NCBI GenBank assembly: GCA_963796055.1
Contig: CAWCKH010000004.1
Coordinates: 2,560,001-2,624,000, forward strand
Origin: an uncultured delta proteobacterium
GTDB lineage: Bacteria > Myxococcota > Myxococcia > Myxococcales > Myxococcaceae
Direction of reading: 5' to 3'
Length of the DNA stretch: 64,000 bases
Part shown: piece by piece, positions 12,614 through 25,002 of the stretch
Numbering within the stretch: the first letter of the stretch is position 1
Layout of the letters: every line of letters begins with the position of its first letter
Notes under the pieces: model-generated
Seen by the model: the letters and a program-made list of their open reading frames with translations, nothing else
Told to the model about the DNA's origin: nothing
Database searches by the model: none
Position numbers and translations under genes: made by a program

Positions 12614-13135
12614 ATGTTCGTCGGCGTCGCACGCCTCACTCTGCAGATCGCGGACTCCGGCTCGCTGAAGTCGAAGCGGCAGGTGCTCCGACGGATCACC
12701 GATCGGCTCAAGGCCCGCTTCAACGTCTCGGTCGCCGAGGTGGAGGACCAGGACCTCTGGCAGCGGGCCACCATCGCCCTGGCGGTGGTGAGCGCGGACC
12801 GCCGGCACGTGGACGAGCAGGTGCAGAAGATGATCCACTTCGTCGAGGAGATGTACGTCGCTCCCCTGGTGAGCCGCGAGCTGGAGATCCTCGCCTTCGG
12901 CGACCAGCTCTTCGGCGGCAATAGCCCCCCGGATGACGGGAGCACGCTGGAGCTGCCCTTCGCCCGGGAGGATCGGAGCCTTGCCGAGGCCGAGGGCATG
13001 GCCGAGTGGGACCGGCGGCCCGGAGCGCTGGTCCAGGGCCGTCCGGGCTCACGGGGCGGAGGAGACCTCTCCCTGACCGAGGCCCGTGCCCGGGCCCGCA
13101 AGCTGCGCAACAAGCGCGACTGGGAAAAGACATGA
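12614..13135 (+). CDS. DUF503 (YlxP-like) protein with C-terminal extension
   Basis: [12 protein letters not shown]...[21 protein letters not shown] precedes ATG 12614. Confidence 0.9.
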   Translation: MFVGVARLTLQIADSGSLKSKRQVLRRITDRLKARFNVSVAEVEDQDLWQRATIALAVVSADRRHVDEQVQKMIHFVEEMYVAPLVSRELEILAFGDQLFGGNSPPDDGSTLELPFAREDRSLAEAEGMAEWDRRPGALVQGRPGSRGGGDLSLTEARARARKLRNKRDWEKT

Positions 13136-13491
13136 GCGTTCCCGGACGCCCCGAGCGGGTGGGGGCGGAGATCCAGGCCGCGGTGGGTGAGCTACTCAGC
13201 CGTGGAGACCTGCGCGACCCCCGCATTGGCTACATCACCATCACCGGGGTGAAGATGAGCCCCGACCTCCAGGTGGCCCGGGTCTACTGGTCGTCGCTCG
13301 GGACGGAAGCCGAGCGCACCGAGACCCAGGCCGGGCTGGACGCGGCCAAGGGCTTCGTTCGCCGCGAGGTGACCGCCCGGGTCAAGCTCCGCGTCTCGCC
13401 GGAGGTCTTCTTCGTTTTCGACAAAAGCGTGGGGGAAGGAGACAAGATCGACCGTCTCCTCCGGGAAGTGAAGACGAAAGAGGGATGGTGA
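13132..13491 (+). CDS. rbfA: Ribosome-binding factor A
   Basis: [38 protein letters not shown] overlap with the upstream gene. Confidence 0.95.
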   Translation: MSVPGRPERVGAEIQAAVGELLSRGDLRDPRIGYITITGVKMSPDLQVARVYWSSLGTEAERTETQAGLDAAKGFVRREVTARVKLRVSPEVFFVFDKSVGEGDKIDRLLREVKTKEGW

Positions 13492-13540
13492 GCCCCGGCT
13501 GGAGCGTTACACTCATGCTCTGGGGTTTGCCCCCTCCTGC

Positions 13541-14434
13541 ATGCACGGCGTTCTGGTCATCGACAAGCCGCAAGGCCCCACGTCCTTCGAGGTCGTGCGC
13601 CGGGTCCGTTCGGCGCTCGGCCTGAAGCGGGCCGGGCACACCGGGACGCTGGATCCGATGGCCACCGGCGTCCTCCCGGTCTGCCTCGGCGAGGCCACCA
13701 AGCTGGCGGGCCTGCTGACCGAGGGCGACAAGGCCTACGACGCGGTGGTGCGTCTCGGGGTGGTGACCGATACTCAGGACGTCACCGGCACCGTGGTGGA
13801 GACCCATCCGGTCCCGCCCCTGTCCACCGAGCTGCTCGAGGCGGCGCTCGAGAAGTTCCGTGGCACCTTCTCGCAGGTGCCGCCGATGTACTCGGCGGTG
13901 AAGGTGAAGGGGAAGCGGCTCTACGAGCGCGCGCGGGCCGGTGAGTCCGTCGAGCGCACGCCGCGGCGGGTGACGGTGTACGCGCTGGTGCTCCGCGACT
14001 TCTCGGCCTCGGAGTGCACGCTCTCGGTCCGTTGCTCGAAGGGGTTCTTCGTGCGCACCCTGGCCGAGGAGCTCGGGCGCGCGCTGGGGTGCGGCGGCAC
14101 GCTGAAGAGCCTCCGGCGGACGGCGAGCGGGCCCTTCGCCCTCGACCGGTCGCTGCCTCTCTCGCAGGTGGAGGCGCTCGGCGTCGCCGGTCCGGGGGGC
14201 CGCGCCCAGCTCGAGGCCCGCATCATCCCCATGGCCGACGCGCTGCCGGAGTTCCCGGTGGTCCGTGTCTCCGAGAGCGACGTCAGCCGGGTGGTGCACG
14301 GCGTTCCACTGGTGCTCGAGCCGTCGGTGCCCGCAGGACGGGTCCGGGTGCTCGGGCCCGATGGTGCGCTGCTCGCCGTGGGCGAGGTCCACGAGGGTCG
14401 GCTCGGCTACGTCCGGGTGGTGGCCCCCCGGTGA
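13541..14434 (+). CDS. truB: tRNA pseudouridine(55) synthase
   Basis: GHTGTLDPMATG, QVPPMYSAVK, CSKGFFVRTL. Confidence 0.97.
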   Translation: MHGVLVIDKPQGPTSFEVVRRVRSALGLKRAGHTGTLDPMATGVLPVCLGEATKLAGLLTEGDKAYDAVVRLGVVTDTQDVTGTVVETHPVPPLSTELLEAALEKFRGTFSQVPPMYSAVKVKGKRLYERARAGESVERTPRRVTVYALVLRDFSASECTLSVRCSKGFFVRTLAEELGRALGCGGTLKSLRRTASGPFALDRSLPLSQVEALGVAGPGGRAQLEARIIPMADALPEFPVVRVSESDVSRVVHGVPLVLEPSVPAGRVRVLGPDGALLAVGEVHEGRLGYVRVVAPR

Positions 14435-14718
14435 ACGTCACTGTCCTCGTCCCCTTGACGCTCCGCTCGGCGGTGGACGGCAAGCAGAAGCTCGACCTCG
14501 GGGTGCCGGCCGGCGCCGGAGTGGGCGAGGTGCTCCAGACCTTGCTCACTCTCTACCCGAAGCTGCGCTCGGCGATGGCCAGCGAGACCCGTCCCCGCCG
14601 GCAGCAGCTGACGGTGGTGTTCGAGCCTCGCCCGCTGCTCCGCGGTTCACGTGACGGGGTGCGGGTGTGGCTGTTCGCCGCCCCTGGCTCGGCGGAGCCG
14701 GTGGGTGCAGGGCGGTAG
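14431..14718 (+). CDS. MoaD/ThiS-like ubiquitin-fold protein without C-terminal GG
   Basis: GTGA overlap with tru[16 protein letters not shown]...[15 protein letters not shown] beta-grasp pattern. Confidence 0.6.
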   Translation: MNVTVLVPLTLRSAVDGKQKLDLGVPAGAGVGEVLQTLLTLYPKLRSAMASETRPRRQQLTVVFEPRPLLRGSRDGVRVWLFAAPGSAEPVGAGR

Positions 14719-14781
14719 GTCCCCTCAGAACGACGACAGACGGACGGATTCCCTCCGGTTTTCGCCAGGCGTTCCGCGCGA

Positions 14782-14810
14782 TTGCAATCCCGCGTCGGGG
14801 GGCCTATAAG
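14782..14810 (+). promoter_or_regulatory. Sigma70-type promoter for rpsO
   Basis: TTGCAA-17 bp-TATAAG. Confidence 0.7.
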
Positions 14811-14918
14811 CCCGCGACCCCCGGGTCCGGCGCCTGCACCCCTCCGCGGACGTCCGACAACGGCCCTCGGGGGCGATTCCAGGACCATCCTCAGGAGCGG
14901 GACGGAGCTTCACCGATC

Positions 14919-15188
14919 ATGGCAGTTCTCAGCGAGCGCAAGGCGGCTGTCGTCCAGCAGTACCGCACCCACGAGACCGACACCGGCTCTCCCGAGGTGC
15001 AGGTGGCGCTGCTCTCCGAGCGCATCAACATGCTCACCGAGCACTTCAAGACGCACAAGAAGGACTTCCACAGCCGGCGGGGGCTGCTGAAGCTCGTCGG
15101 CCAGCGTCGCCGGCTGCTCGACTACCTCAAGACCAAGGACAACGCGCGGTACCGGAAGCTCATCGAGGGCCTGGGCATCCGGAAGTAG
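14919..15188 (+). CDS. rpsO: 30S ribosomal protein S15
   Basis: [40 protein letters not shown]. Confidence 0.99.
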   Translation: MAVLSERKAAVVQQYRTHETDTGSPEVQVALLSERINMLTEHFKTHKKDFHSRRGLLKLVGQRRRLLDYLKTKDNARYRKLIEGLGIRK

Positions 15189-15258
15189 CAATGGCTGTTT
15201 GACAGACTCTGCGCCGGCGCTGCACGGAGCGCCGGTGCCTCCCGTCCCCACGCGGAGA

Positions 15259-15337
15259 GGAGTTTCCGGTTTCCGTTCGGAGCCGCCGACGACAGTTCCG
15301 GAGGGTCGGCGGCTGCGGTCAGAGACTGAAAGTTCCT
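15259..15337 (+). promoter_or_regulatory. Long stem-loop in the pnp leader (RNase III-type processing/autoregulation stem)
   Basis: GGAGTTTCCGGTTTC pairs imperfectly with GAGACTGAAAGTTCC; inner GCCGCCGAC/GTCGGCGGC stem; position matches known rpsO-pnp leaders. Confidence 0.5.
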
Positions 15338-15405
15338 TTGCCGCCAGGGCGCCGGGGCCAACCCACGCCACATCGGCCCGTGCCCGAGAGCAAGGAACGA
15401 GTCAC

Positions 15406-17562
15406 ATGCATCTGAAGAAGAGCGTCCGCGTCGGCGAGCAGGAGCTGGTTCTCGAGACCGGGAAGCTGGCCAAGCAGGCCGACGGATCGGTCACGGTGCG
15501 CTACGGCGACACCATCATCCTGGTCACCGCGGTCAGCGCGAAGGAGAAGAAGGACGTCGACTTCCTCCCCCTCACGGTCGAGTACCAGGAGAAGCTGTAC
15601 TCCGCCGGCCGGATCCCCGGGAGCTACTTCCGGCGCGAGGGCCGGCTGACCGAGAAGGAGACGCTGACCTCCCGTCTGGTGGACAGAAGCTGCCGCCCGC
15701 TGTTCCCCGAGGGCTACGCCTACGAGACCCAGGTCATCGCCTCGGTCATCTCCTCCGACTCGGAGAACGAGGGCGACGTGCACGGCATCACCGGCGCCTC
15801 GGCGGCGCTGATGGTCTCCGACATCCCCTTTAACGGTCCCATCGCCGGCATCCGGGTGGGCCGCGTGGGTGGGCAGCTCATCGCCAACCCCAGCGCCAAG
15901 CAGCGCGAGCAGTCGGACCTGGATCTGGTCATGGCGTGCAGCAAGGACGCCATCGTCATGGTCGAGGGCGGGGCGAGCGAGGTCTCCGAGGCGGACATGG
16001 TGGCCGCCCTCGAGTTCGGCAAGGCCGCGGTGGCCCCGGTGCTCGAGCTTCAGGAATCGATGCGCCGCGAGCTGGGGGTGGCGGTCCGCGTGTACGACAA
16101 GGCCCCTGCCGCCGACGAGGCGCTCCGGGAGAAGGTCCGCGCGCTGGCGATGCCGGGCATCGCCTCCGGCTACGGCATCCACGAGAAGCACGACCGCTAC
16201 TTCGCGCTCTCGACGGTGAAGAAGGAGGTCATCGCCCGGCTCAAGGAGTCGATGGGCGAGTCCTTCACCCCGCAGACCGAGAAGCTGGCCAAGGCGGTGG
16301 TCGAGGACCTCAAGTACGAGCACATGCGTGAGCTCACCGTGAACGGTGGGCGTATCGGCGGCCGTCCGCACGACGTGGTCCGCCCCATCACCAGCGAGGT
16401 GGGGCTGCTCCCGCGCGTCCACGGCTCGGCGCTCTTCACCCGCGGCGAGACCCAGGCCCTGGTCGCGGTCACCCTCGGTACCAGCGAGGACGAGCAGCGG
16501 CTCGAGCTGCTCTCGGGCATGACCTTCAAGCGGTTCATGCTCCACTACAACTTCCCGCCGTTCAGCGTGGGCGAGACCAAGCCGCTCCGCGGCCCGGGCC
16601 GCCGGGAGATCGGCCACGGCGCGCTCGCCGAGCGGGCGCTCCGCGGGATGCTGCCCAGGTCCGAGGACTTCCCCTACACCGTGCGGATCGTCTCCGACAT
16701 CCTGGAGTCCAACGGTTCGAGCTCGATGGCATCGGTGTGCGGCGGCACCCTGAGCCTCATGGACGCCGGCGTGCCGATCAAGGCGCCGGTGGCCGGCATC
16801 GCCATGGGCCTGGTGAAGGAGGGGGAGAAGATCGCCATCCTCTCCGACATCCTGGGTGACGAGGACCACCTCGGGGACATGGACTTCAAGGTCTGTGGCA
16901 CCAAGAACGGCATCACCAGCATCCAGATGGACATCAAGATCACCGGCCTCACCACCGAGATCATGTCCCGGGCGCTGGAGCAGGCCCGCCGCGGCCGGCT
17001 GCACATCCTGGGGGAGATGCTGAAGGCCCTGGACGCGCCCCGCAAGGAGATCAGCCGCTACGCGCCGCGCATCACCACCATCATGATCCGGCCGGAGTTC
17101 ATCAAGAACGTCATCGGGCCGGGCGGCAAGGTGATCAAGGACATCATCGCCCGCACCGGGGCCTCCATCAACATCGAGGACTCGGGCCGGGTGGACATCG
17201 CCTCCAACAACTCCGAGGCGGTGCAGCAGGCCATCACCATGATCCAGGCGCTCACCCGCGAGGCCGAGGTGGGGAAAATCTACCTGGGCACGGTGCGGAA
17301 GATCGCCGAGTTCGGGGCCTTCGTGGAGCTGTTCCCGGGAACCGACGGGCTGATCCACATCTCCGAGCTCTCGGACAAGCGGGTGAAGAGCGTCTCCGAC
17401 GTCCTCAAGGAGGGCGACGAGGTGATGGTGAAGGTCATCTCCATCGACCGGAGCGGGAAGATTCGCCTCTCGCGCAAGGAGGCGCTCGCCGAGCGGGCCG
17501 GGACCCAGGTCCCTCCGGCCCAGGGGACGTCCGCGGACGAGGCGCCCAAGGCGAAGGCCTGA
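15406..17562 (+). CDS. pnp: Polyribonucleotide nucleotidyltransferase (PNPase)
   Basis: [41 protein letters not shown], plus KH and S1 domains. Confidence 0.99.
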   Translation: MHLKKSVRVGEQELVLETGKLAKQADGSVTVRYGDTIILVTAVSAKEKKDVDFLPLTVEYQEKLYSAGRIPGSYFRREGRLTEKETLTSRLVDRSCRPLFPEGYAYETQVIASVISSDSENEGDVHGITGASAALMVSDIPFNGPIAGIRVGRVGGQLIANPSAKQREQSDLDLVMACSKDAIVMVEGGASEVSEADMVAALEFGKAAVAPVLELQESMRRELGVAVRVYDKAPAADEALREKVRALAMPGIASGYGIHEKHDRYFALSTVKKEVIARLKESMGESFTPQTEKLAKAVVEDLKYEHMRELTVNGGRIGGRPHDVVRPITSEVGLLPRVHGSALFTRGETQALVAVTLGTSEDEQRLELLSGMTFKRFMLHYNFPPFSVGETKPLRGPGRREIGHGALAERALRGMLPRSEDFPYTVRIVSDILESNGSSSMASVCGGTLSLMDAGVPIKAPVAGIAMGLVKEGEKIAILSDILGDEDHLGDMDFKVCGTKNGITSIQMDIKITGLTTEIMSRALEQARRGRLHILGEMLKALDAPRKEISRYAPRITTIMIRPEFIKNVIGPGGKVIKDIIARTGASINIEDSGRVDIASNNSEAVQQAITMIQALTREAEVGKIYLGTVRKIAEFGAFVELFPGTDGLIHISELSDKRVKSVSDVLKEGDEVMVKVISIDRSGKIRLSRKEALAERAGTQVPPAQGTSADEAPKAKA

Positions 17563-17564
17563 TC

Positions 17565-17625
17565 GCCGAAACCACCCTGGTTGATCGGTCCTTGTATCCT
17601 CTCGGCCGGCCAGGGTGGTCTCGGC
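17565..17625 (+). terminator. Stem-loop after pnp
   Basis: GCCGAAACCACCCTGG ... CCAGGGTGGTCTCGGC inverted repeat (15/16 match); no clear U tract. Confidence 0.45.
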
Positions 17626-17656
17626 TATGACACCTCTCGACGTCAGGAGGTGAGGC

Positions 17657-18109
17657 GTGACCACGATGCGGATCCAGGTGCGGCGGGTGCGGTCCCACGC
17701 GACCCCGCTGCCCCTTCCCCGGTACCAGACCGAGGGAGCGGCCGGACTCGACCTCTGCGCCGACATCGACGGCGAGTGGACCCTCGCGCCGCTCGCCCGT
17801 CGCGCCGTTCCCAGCGGCATCGCCATCGCCCTGCCCGGGGGATTCGAGGGCCAGGTACGTCCGAGATCGGGGCTGGCTCTCCGACATGGGATCACCTGCG
17901 TCAACGCGCCCGGCACCATCGATTCCGACTACAGGGGTGAGATCCAGGTCCTGCTGGTGAACCTCTCCAGCGAGCCGTTCACGCTTCGCCGCGGAGAGCG
18001 CATCGCGCAACTCGTGGTCGCGCCGGTGGTTCGTGCCCAGCTGGAGGAGGTGGACACACTTCCCACCTCCGTCCGCGGCGAGGGCGGCTTCGGAAGCACC
18101 GGACGCTGA
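17657..18109 (+). CDS. dut: dUTP diphosphatase
   Basis: [37 protein letters not shown]. Confidence 0.97.
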   Translation: MTTMRIQVRRVRSHATPLPLPRYQTEGAAGLDLCADIDGEWTLAPLARRAVPSGIAIALPGGFEGQVRPRSGLALRHGITCVNAPGTIDSDYRGEIQVLLVNLSSEPFTLRRGERIAQLVVAPVVRAQLEEVDTLPTSVRGEGGFGSTGR

Positions 18110-18196
18110 GCAGCCACGCGCTTCGGCGCTGCAGCGCTGCCTGGTACACTCCTCCGCGCTCGTTTCTCCCGCCTGGTCTCGTAGGAGCCCGCGCAC

Positions 18197-20701
18197 TTGC
18201 TCTGCTATCGCTGCGGCAGCCACGTTCCCGACTCGGCCGAACGCTGCAACACCTGTGGCCAGCGCCAGGTGGGCACGGCGCGCATGCCGAGCACCACCGC
18301 CATCCGCCGCCGCCTCTCGCCGACGCTGCTCGCGGGCGCGCCGTACCGCGTCGGCGATCGGATGGGCGAGCGCTACGTGGTGAAGGATGCGATCGGCATC
18401 GGCCCGCTCGGCTACGTCTTCCGTGCCAGCGACGAGAAGCAGGGCATCGACGTCGCGGTGAAGATGATCCATCCCCGCTTCGTGCAGACCGCCGAGGAGC
18501 GCGAGGCGTTCGCCCGGGCCGTGGAGCCGGCGCGCAGGTTCATGCAGCCGTCGCTGGCGCGGGTGCACGACCTGGGCGTGGACCAGGGCTGGCCATACGT
18601 CAGCTACAGCTTCCTCGACGGGCTCACCCTGCGGCGGATGATCGACTCGCGGCTGGCGAAGGGGCAGACCTTCACCCTCGAGGAGGTCGAGCCGTTCCTC
18701 GGGCAGCTCGCCGCGGCGCTCGAGGCCGCGCACCCGCTGGGCGCGCACGCCGACCTCAAGCCGGAGAACGTGGTCATCCTCCCGGACATGCTCCGGGTGG
18801 TGGACTGGGGTCTGGCGCGGGGCCTGCCACGGCTCCCGTTCGTCCAGGCGCAGAAGCAGAAATCCGCCCACCGCTACCTCGCGCCCGAGATGGTGGCCGG
18901 CGCCGAGCCGGACCCGCGGGCGGACCTCTACGCCCTCGGCGTGCTGGTGGGAGAGATGCTCACCGGCCTCACCCCGGACGAGGACATCCCCGAGCTCCGG
19001 CTCACCGCCCCCGAGCTACCCGAGGCGGTGGAGGGCTTCTACCGCAAGGCGCTGAACGAGCGCCCCGAGGCCCGCTTCCGCAGCGTCCGCGAGCTGTACG
19101 AGGAGTTCGTCACACTGCTCGCCCCCGGGGCCGGGTCGCTGGCGGTGCTTGCCAGCCGTCCGGGCGCCGAGGCCGTCGCGACACCGGCCGTGGAGTCCGC
19201 GCCGGCCGTCGCGCCGTCGGCGGAGGCGACTGCCGGGGCCGCGGCCGAGGACCAGGCCGTCGAGGCGCTGGTGGAGGACCTCGAGCCCATCGCCGACTCC
19301 CACGAGCCCATTGCCGCGCAGCCCGGGGCGCCGTCTGCCAGAGCCGAGCCCATCGCCGCCGCGGCTCTGCCCCGGTTCGAGGGGCAAGCCTGGGAAGGCC
19401 CGAGGCACACCCGCGAGGTGGTGGCGCTCGAGCCGCCCGAGTGGACGGGCGCCTCCAGCCCGGCGCCGCAACCGCCGGCCGACCGGTCCGGCTCGGATCG
19501 CTGGCGCTCGCTCAAGCTCTGGGATGCCGAGTCCGACCCGCAGGAGCACCCCCCCGCGCTGGCCGAGCCCGCGCCACCGCCCGGACCTGCCGTCGCGGCC
19601 GAGGCCACCGGACCCGAGCTTCCGCTGAACACCGAGCCGGCCCTCGCCTTGCTGGGCAGCGCTCCGCCGCCGCCCGCGGACGCGCTGGAGCCGTCCGAGG
19701 ACGAGGCCGAGCGGGCCGTGGCCGGCCTGACCGAGGTGGAGGAGGCATCCGAGCTGGTGGCCGAGGAGGGTGGTGACGAGCCGCTCCTGGCCGAGGCGCT
19801 CGGTGTCGACCTGGTGGTGGACGGCGACGAGCCGGTGCCGGAACGCACCGCGTCCGGCGGACAGCCGTCCGGACTGGTACCCATGCCCGAGCAGCCGGCC
19901 CCGTCACCCGCCGCGCCGGCCGTTCGTGAGGTGCCCCGGCTCGTTCCCGACTCACGGTCCTGGGCCACCGAGCCGAAGCCCGCTCCCTACCGCCGCGAGA
20001 CGCGCGAGACGCCGGTCCTCCATCCCCGTCCGGCGCCCACGGCCGCCCCGGCCGCCTCGCTGGCGGATGCACCGGCGGTCGCGGCGCGGAGCGTGCTGCC
20101 CCCGCCGCCCAGCATCCCACCACTGCTCTCCACCGTGGCGCGGCTGTCGCCGGTGGGGCAGGTCGCTGCCACCTCCGCTGCACCGACGCCCATCTCGGTC
20201 GTCCCCGAGCCGGCGCCCACGCGCCAGGAGAAGGTGGTGGCGCCCCCGCCACCGTTGGAGGCCCTCGGTCCGGCGCAGGTCTCCGTCCCGGCACGCAGCG
20301 CAGGGAGCTGGAGCCCTGCGGAGCTGCTTGCCCAGGTCATCGCCGAGGTCCAGGCCGAGGAACGCAGGGCGGGACTGCCCCGGGGGACCACCTGGGAGCC
20401 GGTGCCGCTCGACGCCACCCAGCCCATCTCCCTCGACGAGGTGGCGGTGCGGCTGGCGGCCGAGCCGGGCGGGCCGGTCACCGTCTCCGTCGCCGCGGCG
20501 AACGACGACGGCGACCTTCCGGCGCTTCGTCACGAGGCCGGCCGCGCCGGGATGCGGATGGCGCTCCTCGCCGCGGGCGGGCTGATCATCGGAATGCTGG
20601 GCGGGTGGAGCCTGATGAAGGTGCTCACCAAGCCGCCGCGACCCCAGACCGAGCGCATCTCCGAGGCGAACCCCGCGCAGGCCCCCGCGCCGAAGAACTG
20701 A
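18197..20701 (+). CDS. Ser/Thr protein kinase with N-terminal zinc ribbon, long Pro/Ala linker and C-terminal TM
   Basis: CxxC-x10-CxxC; VAVK, HADLKPEN, DWG, YLAPE, DLYALG; TTG start. Confidence 0.85.
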   Translation: MLCYRCGSHVPDSAERCNTCGQRQVGTARMPSTTAIRRRLSPTLLAGAPYRVGDRMGERYVVKDAIGIGPLGYVFRASDEKQGIDVAVKMIHPRFVQTAEEREAFARAVEPARRFMQPSLARVHDLGVDQGWPYVSYSFLDGLTLRRMIDSRLAKGQTFTLEEVEPFLGQLAAALEAAHPLGAHADLKPENVVILPDMLRVVDWGLARGLPRLPFVQAQKQKSAHRYLAPEMVAGAEPDPRADLYALGVLVGEMLTGLTPDEDIPELRLTAPELPEAVEGFYRKALNERPEARFRSVRELYEEFVTLLAPGAGSLAVLASRPGAEAVATPAVESAPAVAPSAEATAGAAAEDQAVEALVEDLEPIADSHEPIAAQPGAPSARAEPIAAAALPRFEGQAWEGPRHTREVVALEPPEWTGASSPAPQPPADRSGSDRWRSLKLWDAESDPQEHPPALAEPAPPPGPAVAAEATGPELPLNTEPALALLGSAPPPPADALEPSEDEAERAVAGLTEVEEASELVAEEGGDEPLLAEALGVDLVVDGDEPVPERTASGGQPSGLVPMPEQPAPSPAAPAVREVPRLVPDSRSWATEPKPAPYRRETRETPVLHPRPAPTAAPAASLADAPAVAARSVLPPPPSIPPLLSTVARLSPVGQVAATSAAPTPISVVPEPAPTRQEKVVAPPPPLEALGPAQVSVPARSAGSWSPAELLAQVIAEVQAEERRAGLPRGTTWEPVPLDATQPISLDEVAVRLAAEPGGPVTVSVAAANDDGDLPALRHEAGRAGMRMALLAAGGLIIGMLGGWSLMKVLTKPPRPQTERISEANPAQAPAPKN

Positions 20702-20777
20702 CGGGAACGACAGGGCGGACCGCACCCCGGCCGACGCTGGCGCGGCTGGTGCCGGGTCGGATAAAGCCTCTGAAGGA

Positions 20778-22097
<1,320 letters not shown>

Positions 22098-23695
22098 GAG
22101 CCTGTAGGGCGTAGAGGTCAGGGCGGCGTGATCCGCTGGGCGGCATGAAGACCTGCCGCCCGTGGGCGCCGCTGCAGTCGTACCTGCTCCCGCCGTCGCC
22201 GGCGGACTGGCTCCCGGAGGGGCACCTCGCCTATTTCGTGCTCGAGGTGGTGGACCAGCTCGACGTCGCCGCCATCGAGCGAGCCATTTCCCAGAAGGAC
22301 CCGCGTGGGGAGCGCCCGTACTCGCCGCGGATGTTGCTGGGGCTGCTCATGTACGGCTACTGCGTGGGCCTGTTTTCCTCGCGGAGGCTGGCGCGCGGGA
22401 CGTACGAGGACGTGGCGCTTCGGGTGCTGGCGGGGGAAGAGCATCCGCACTTCACCACCATCAACCAATTCCGGCTGGTGCACCGGACGGCCATCGCCGG
22501 CCTCTTCGTGCAGGTGCTGGAGCTCTGCCGTCGAGCCGGGTTGGTGAAGCTGGGACACGTGGCGCTGGACGGGACGAAGCTGCTGGCCAATGCGAGCAAG
22601 CACAAGGCGATGAGCTACGAGCGGATGAAGAAGGACGAGACGCGGCTGCGAGGAGAAGTGGAGAGCCTGCTCACCCAAGCCGACGCGGTGGACGAAGCCG
22701 AGGACGCCCGCTACGGCAGAGGCATTGCCCCCGACGACTTGCCGGCCGAGTTGCAGCGTCGCGAGACGCGGCTCGAGCGCATTCGGCAGGCCAAGGCAGC
22801 GCTCGAAGAGGAGGCCCGCGCAGCACGGGCCCGGAGACTTCGAGAGAACGCCGAGGGGCTCGAGGCGGACGCGCTGAACGCCCAACTACCCGCCCGCCAG
22901 CGCAAGACAGCAGCCACCCTCGCCAAGCGGAGCGCCGCTCAAGCGGACCTGCTCGACGGCGGACGAAAGGACGACGATGACGACCCGCCCTCAGGCGGTG
23001 CCACCGGCCTACCCACCCATCGGGTGAGGGCTCACGTCGACGGCACTCCGAAGTCGAAGGCACAGCGGAACTTCACCGACCCCGACAGCCGCATCATGGA
23101 GAAGAACGGCAGCTTTCTGCAGGCATACAACGCCCAAGTCGTGGTGGACGAAGCCCACCAAGTCATTCTCGCGCACGGCCTGTCCAACCAGCCGCCCGAC
23201 GTCGAGTACCTCGAGCCACTGCTGAGGGCCGCTGTCGCCAACTGCGGGGCGTCACCGGAGAAGGCCTCTGCGGATTCGGGCTACTTCTCGGCGGAGAACG
23301 TCGCGGCGTGCGACTCCTTGGGCATCTCGGCCTACATCTCCGTCGGTCGCGACGCGCACGACGGGCGCATCACCGACCCACGAACGACTCCGGCGAAGGA
23401 CGCGATGCGGCTGAAGCTCGAGTCGGAGGAGGGCAGAGCCGTGTACGCGCGCCGGAAGGCCATCGTCGAGCCTGTCTTCGGGCAGATGAAGGCAGTCCGC
23501 GGCTTCCGTCGCCTCTCGATGCGGGGCAGGCAGAAGGCAGCGGGCGAGTGGGGCCTCGTTTGCCTCACCCACAACCTCCTGAAGCTCTTCCGGGAGGCCT
23601 GGCTCCCGGCACTCATGCCCGCGTAGCGCCGACGGGCCGCCAGTCAGCCACCGACGGCGCCCGCGCCAACGAGAGCGGCTACGCCCTACAGGCTC
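22098..23695 (+). mobile_element. IS1182-family insertion sequence, copy 1 (1598 bp)
   Basis: Perfect 17-bp terminal IRs GAGCCTGTAGGGCGTAG (22098-22114, 23679-23695); CTAG duplication at 22094-22097 and 23696-23699. Confidence 0.92.
22145..23626 (+). CDS. IS1182-family DDE transposase
   Basis: DWLPEGHLA, YGYCVGLFSSRRL, ALDGTKLLANASK, TDPDSRIM, ADSGYFS, RKAIVEPVFGQMK. Confidence 0.93.
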   Translation: MKTCRPWAPLQSYLLPPSPADWLPEGHLAYFVLEVVDQLDVAAIERAISQKDPRGERPYSPRMLLGLLMYGYCVGLFSSRRLARGTYEDVALRVLAGEEHPHFTTINQFRLVHRTAIAGLFVQVLELCRRAGLVKLGHVALDGTKLLANASKHKAMSYERMKKDETRLRGEVESLLTQADAVDEAEDARYGRGIAPDDLPAELQRRETRLERIRQAKAALEEEARAARARRLRENAEGLEADALNAQLPARQRKTAATLAKRSAAQADLLDGGRKDDDDDPPSGGATGLPTHRVRAHVDGTPKSKAQRNFTDPDSRIMEKNGSFLQAYNAQVVVDEAHQVILAHGLSNQPPDVEYLEPLLRAAVANCGASPEKASADSGYFSAENVAACDSLGISAYISVGRDAHDGRITDPRTTPAKDAMRLKLESEEGRAVYARRKAIVEPVFGQMKAVRGFRRLSMRGRQKAAGEWGLVCLTHNLLKLFREAWLPALMPA

Positions 23696-23845
23696 CTAGG
23701 CGCGCTGATTCACCACGTCGAGGAAGGTCGTGGTTCGGCGGGTGGCCAGGACCCAGAGGCAGCGGAAGACGCAGCGGGTGCCGAACTCCCGGTAGATGAG
23801 CCCGAGGTGGCGAACCACGTCTCGATTGGTGATGACGCCGCGCAT
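23696..23845 (-). CDS. Small 49-aa protein MRGVITNRDVVRHLGLIYREFGTRCVFRCLWVLATRRTTTFLDVVNQRA (below ORF-track cutoff)
   Basis: Read manually; GC3-rich codons, purine-rich upstream region; its TAG is the IS target CTAG. Confidence 0.7.
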   Translation of the reverse strand: MRGVITNRDVVRHLGLIYREFGTRCVFRCLWVLATRRTTTFLDVVNQRA

Positions 23846-24034
23846 CTCTCCGAACACCTCCGAACCAACCGTCCCTTCTCCTAAGCAATCGGCGGGCCAG
23901 GGCTCGGACTACGGAGTTCCGCGGGGTTCGCTACGAGGAGCAGCCCGTCCTGCCCAAAGGTGTCCGGATTGCCGGGTCCGTTTCACCTGACGGTGTCTGG
24001 GAATGACCCAGTGGGCGCGCAGATGGGCGAGTGT

Positions 24035-24991
24035 TCAGAGGTAGCCGTGCATCTGTAAGTTCTTCTGGATGCGGGCCTCGACGTCGCCCGCGACCGGCTT
24101 CAGCGCCGTCCCGGTGATCTCCGCGTAGGCACCCAGGTACAGCTCGGCGGTCTTCACCCGCACGTCCTCGGGGATGACCGGGAGCGGGCCGTGACCGCTG
24201 AAGCCCTTCTCGCGGATCAGCCACTGGCGGACATTCTCCTTGTCGAGCATCGCCTGGTCGGCGCCGGAGGCGAACCGCTCCTCGTAGCTGGCGGCCCGCC
24301 AGAACCGCGAGCTGTCCGGGGTGTGCATCTCGTCGATGACGTAGAGCGTGTCCCCCACTGCCCCGAACTCGTACTTGGTGTCCACGAGCAGCAGCCCGCG
24401 GCTGAGGCACCACGCCTGTCCGGCCCGGAACAGGGCCAGCGCCGCCTCGCGGATGCGAGCCCACTCGCGTGCGGGCACGATGCCACGGCGAACGACCTCG
24501 GCCTCCGAGAGCGGCTCGTCGTGCTCGCCCACCGGCGCCTTGGTCGACGGGGTGAGGATGGGCTCGGGGAACGGGGCGTCCTTCCTCATGTCCGGCGGGA
24601 TGTCGAGGCCGTAGGCGGTGTGAGCCCCCTTCTGCACGTCGCGCCAGAGGCTCCCGGTCAGGTAGCCGCGGACCACCACCTCGACCGGGTAGGGCTTGGT
24701 CGCCCGGGCGACGGTGACGTTGGGGTCGGGTGTGTCCAGCACGTGGTTGCGCACCACGTCCTTCGTCTTCTCGAACCAGAACTGGGCGATGCGGTTGAGC
24801 ACCTCACCCTTGAAGGGAATGGTGGTGAGCACGCGGTCGAAGGCGCTGAGCCGGTCGGTGGCGACGAGGAACAGCCGGTCGCGCTGGCGGTACACGTCGC
24901 GCACCTTGCCGCGGTAGCGCTCACCGAGGGCGTCGAGGTGGGTTTCGGCCAGGGTGTGCCCGAGCTGCTCGGAGAGGACGGGATCCGCCAA
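24035..24991 (-). CDS. purC: SAICAR synthase
   Basis: [55 protein letters not shown] start inferred. Confidence 0.96.
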   Translation of the reverse strand: MADPVLSEQLGHTLAETHLDALGERYRGKVRDVYRQRDRLFLVATDRLSAFDRVLTTIPFKGEVLNRIAQFWFEKTKDVVRNHVLDTPDPNVTVARATKPYPVEVVVRGYLTGSLWRDVQKGAHTAYGLDIPPDMRKDAPFPEPILTPSTKAPVGEHDEPLSEAEVVRRGIVPAREWARIREAALALFRAGQAWCLSRGLLLVDTKYEFGAVGDTLYVIDEMHTPDSSRFWRAASYEERFASGADQAMLDKENVRQWLIREKGFSGHGPLPVIPEDVRVKTAELYLGAYAEITGTALKPVAGDVEARIQKNLQMHGYL

Positions 24992-25002
24992 GTCGGGATG
25001 CC

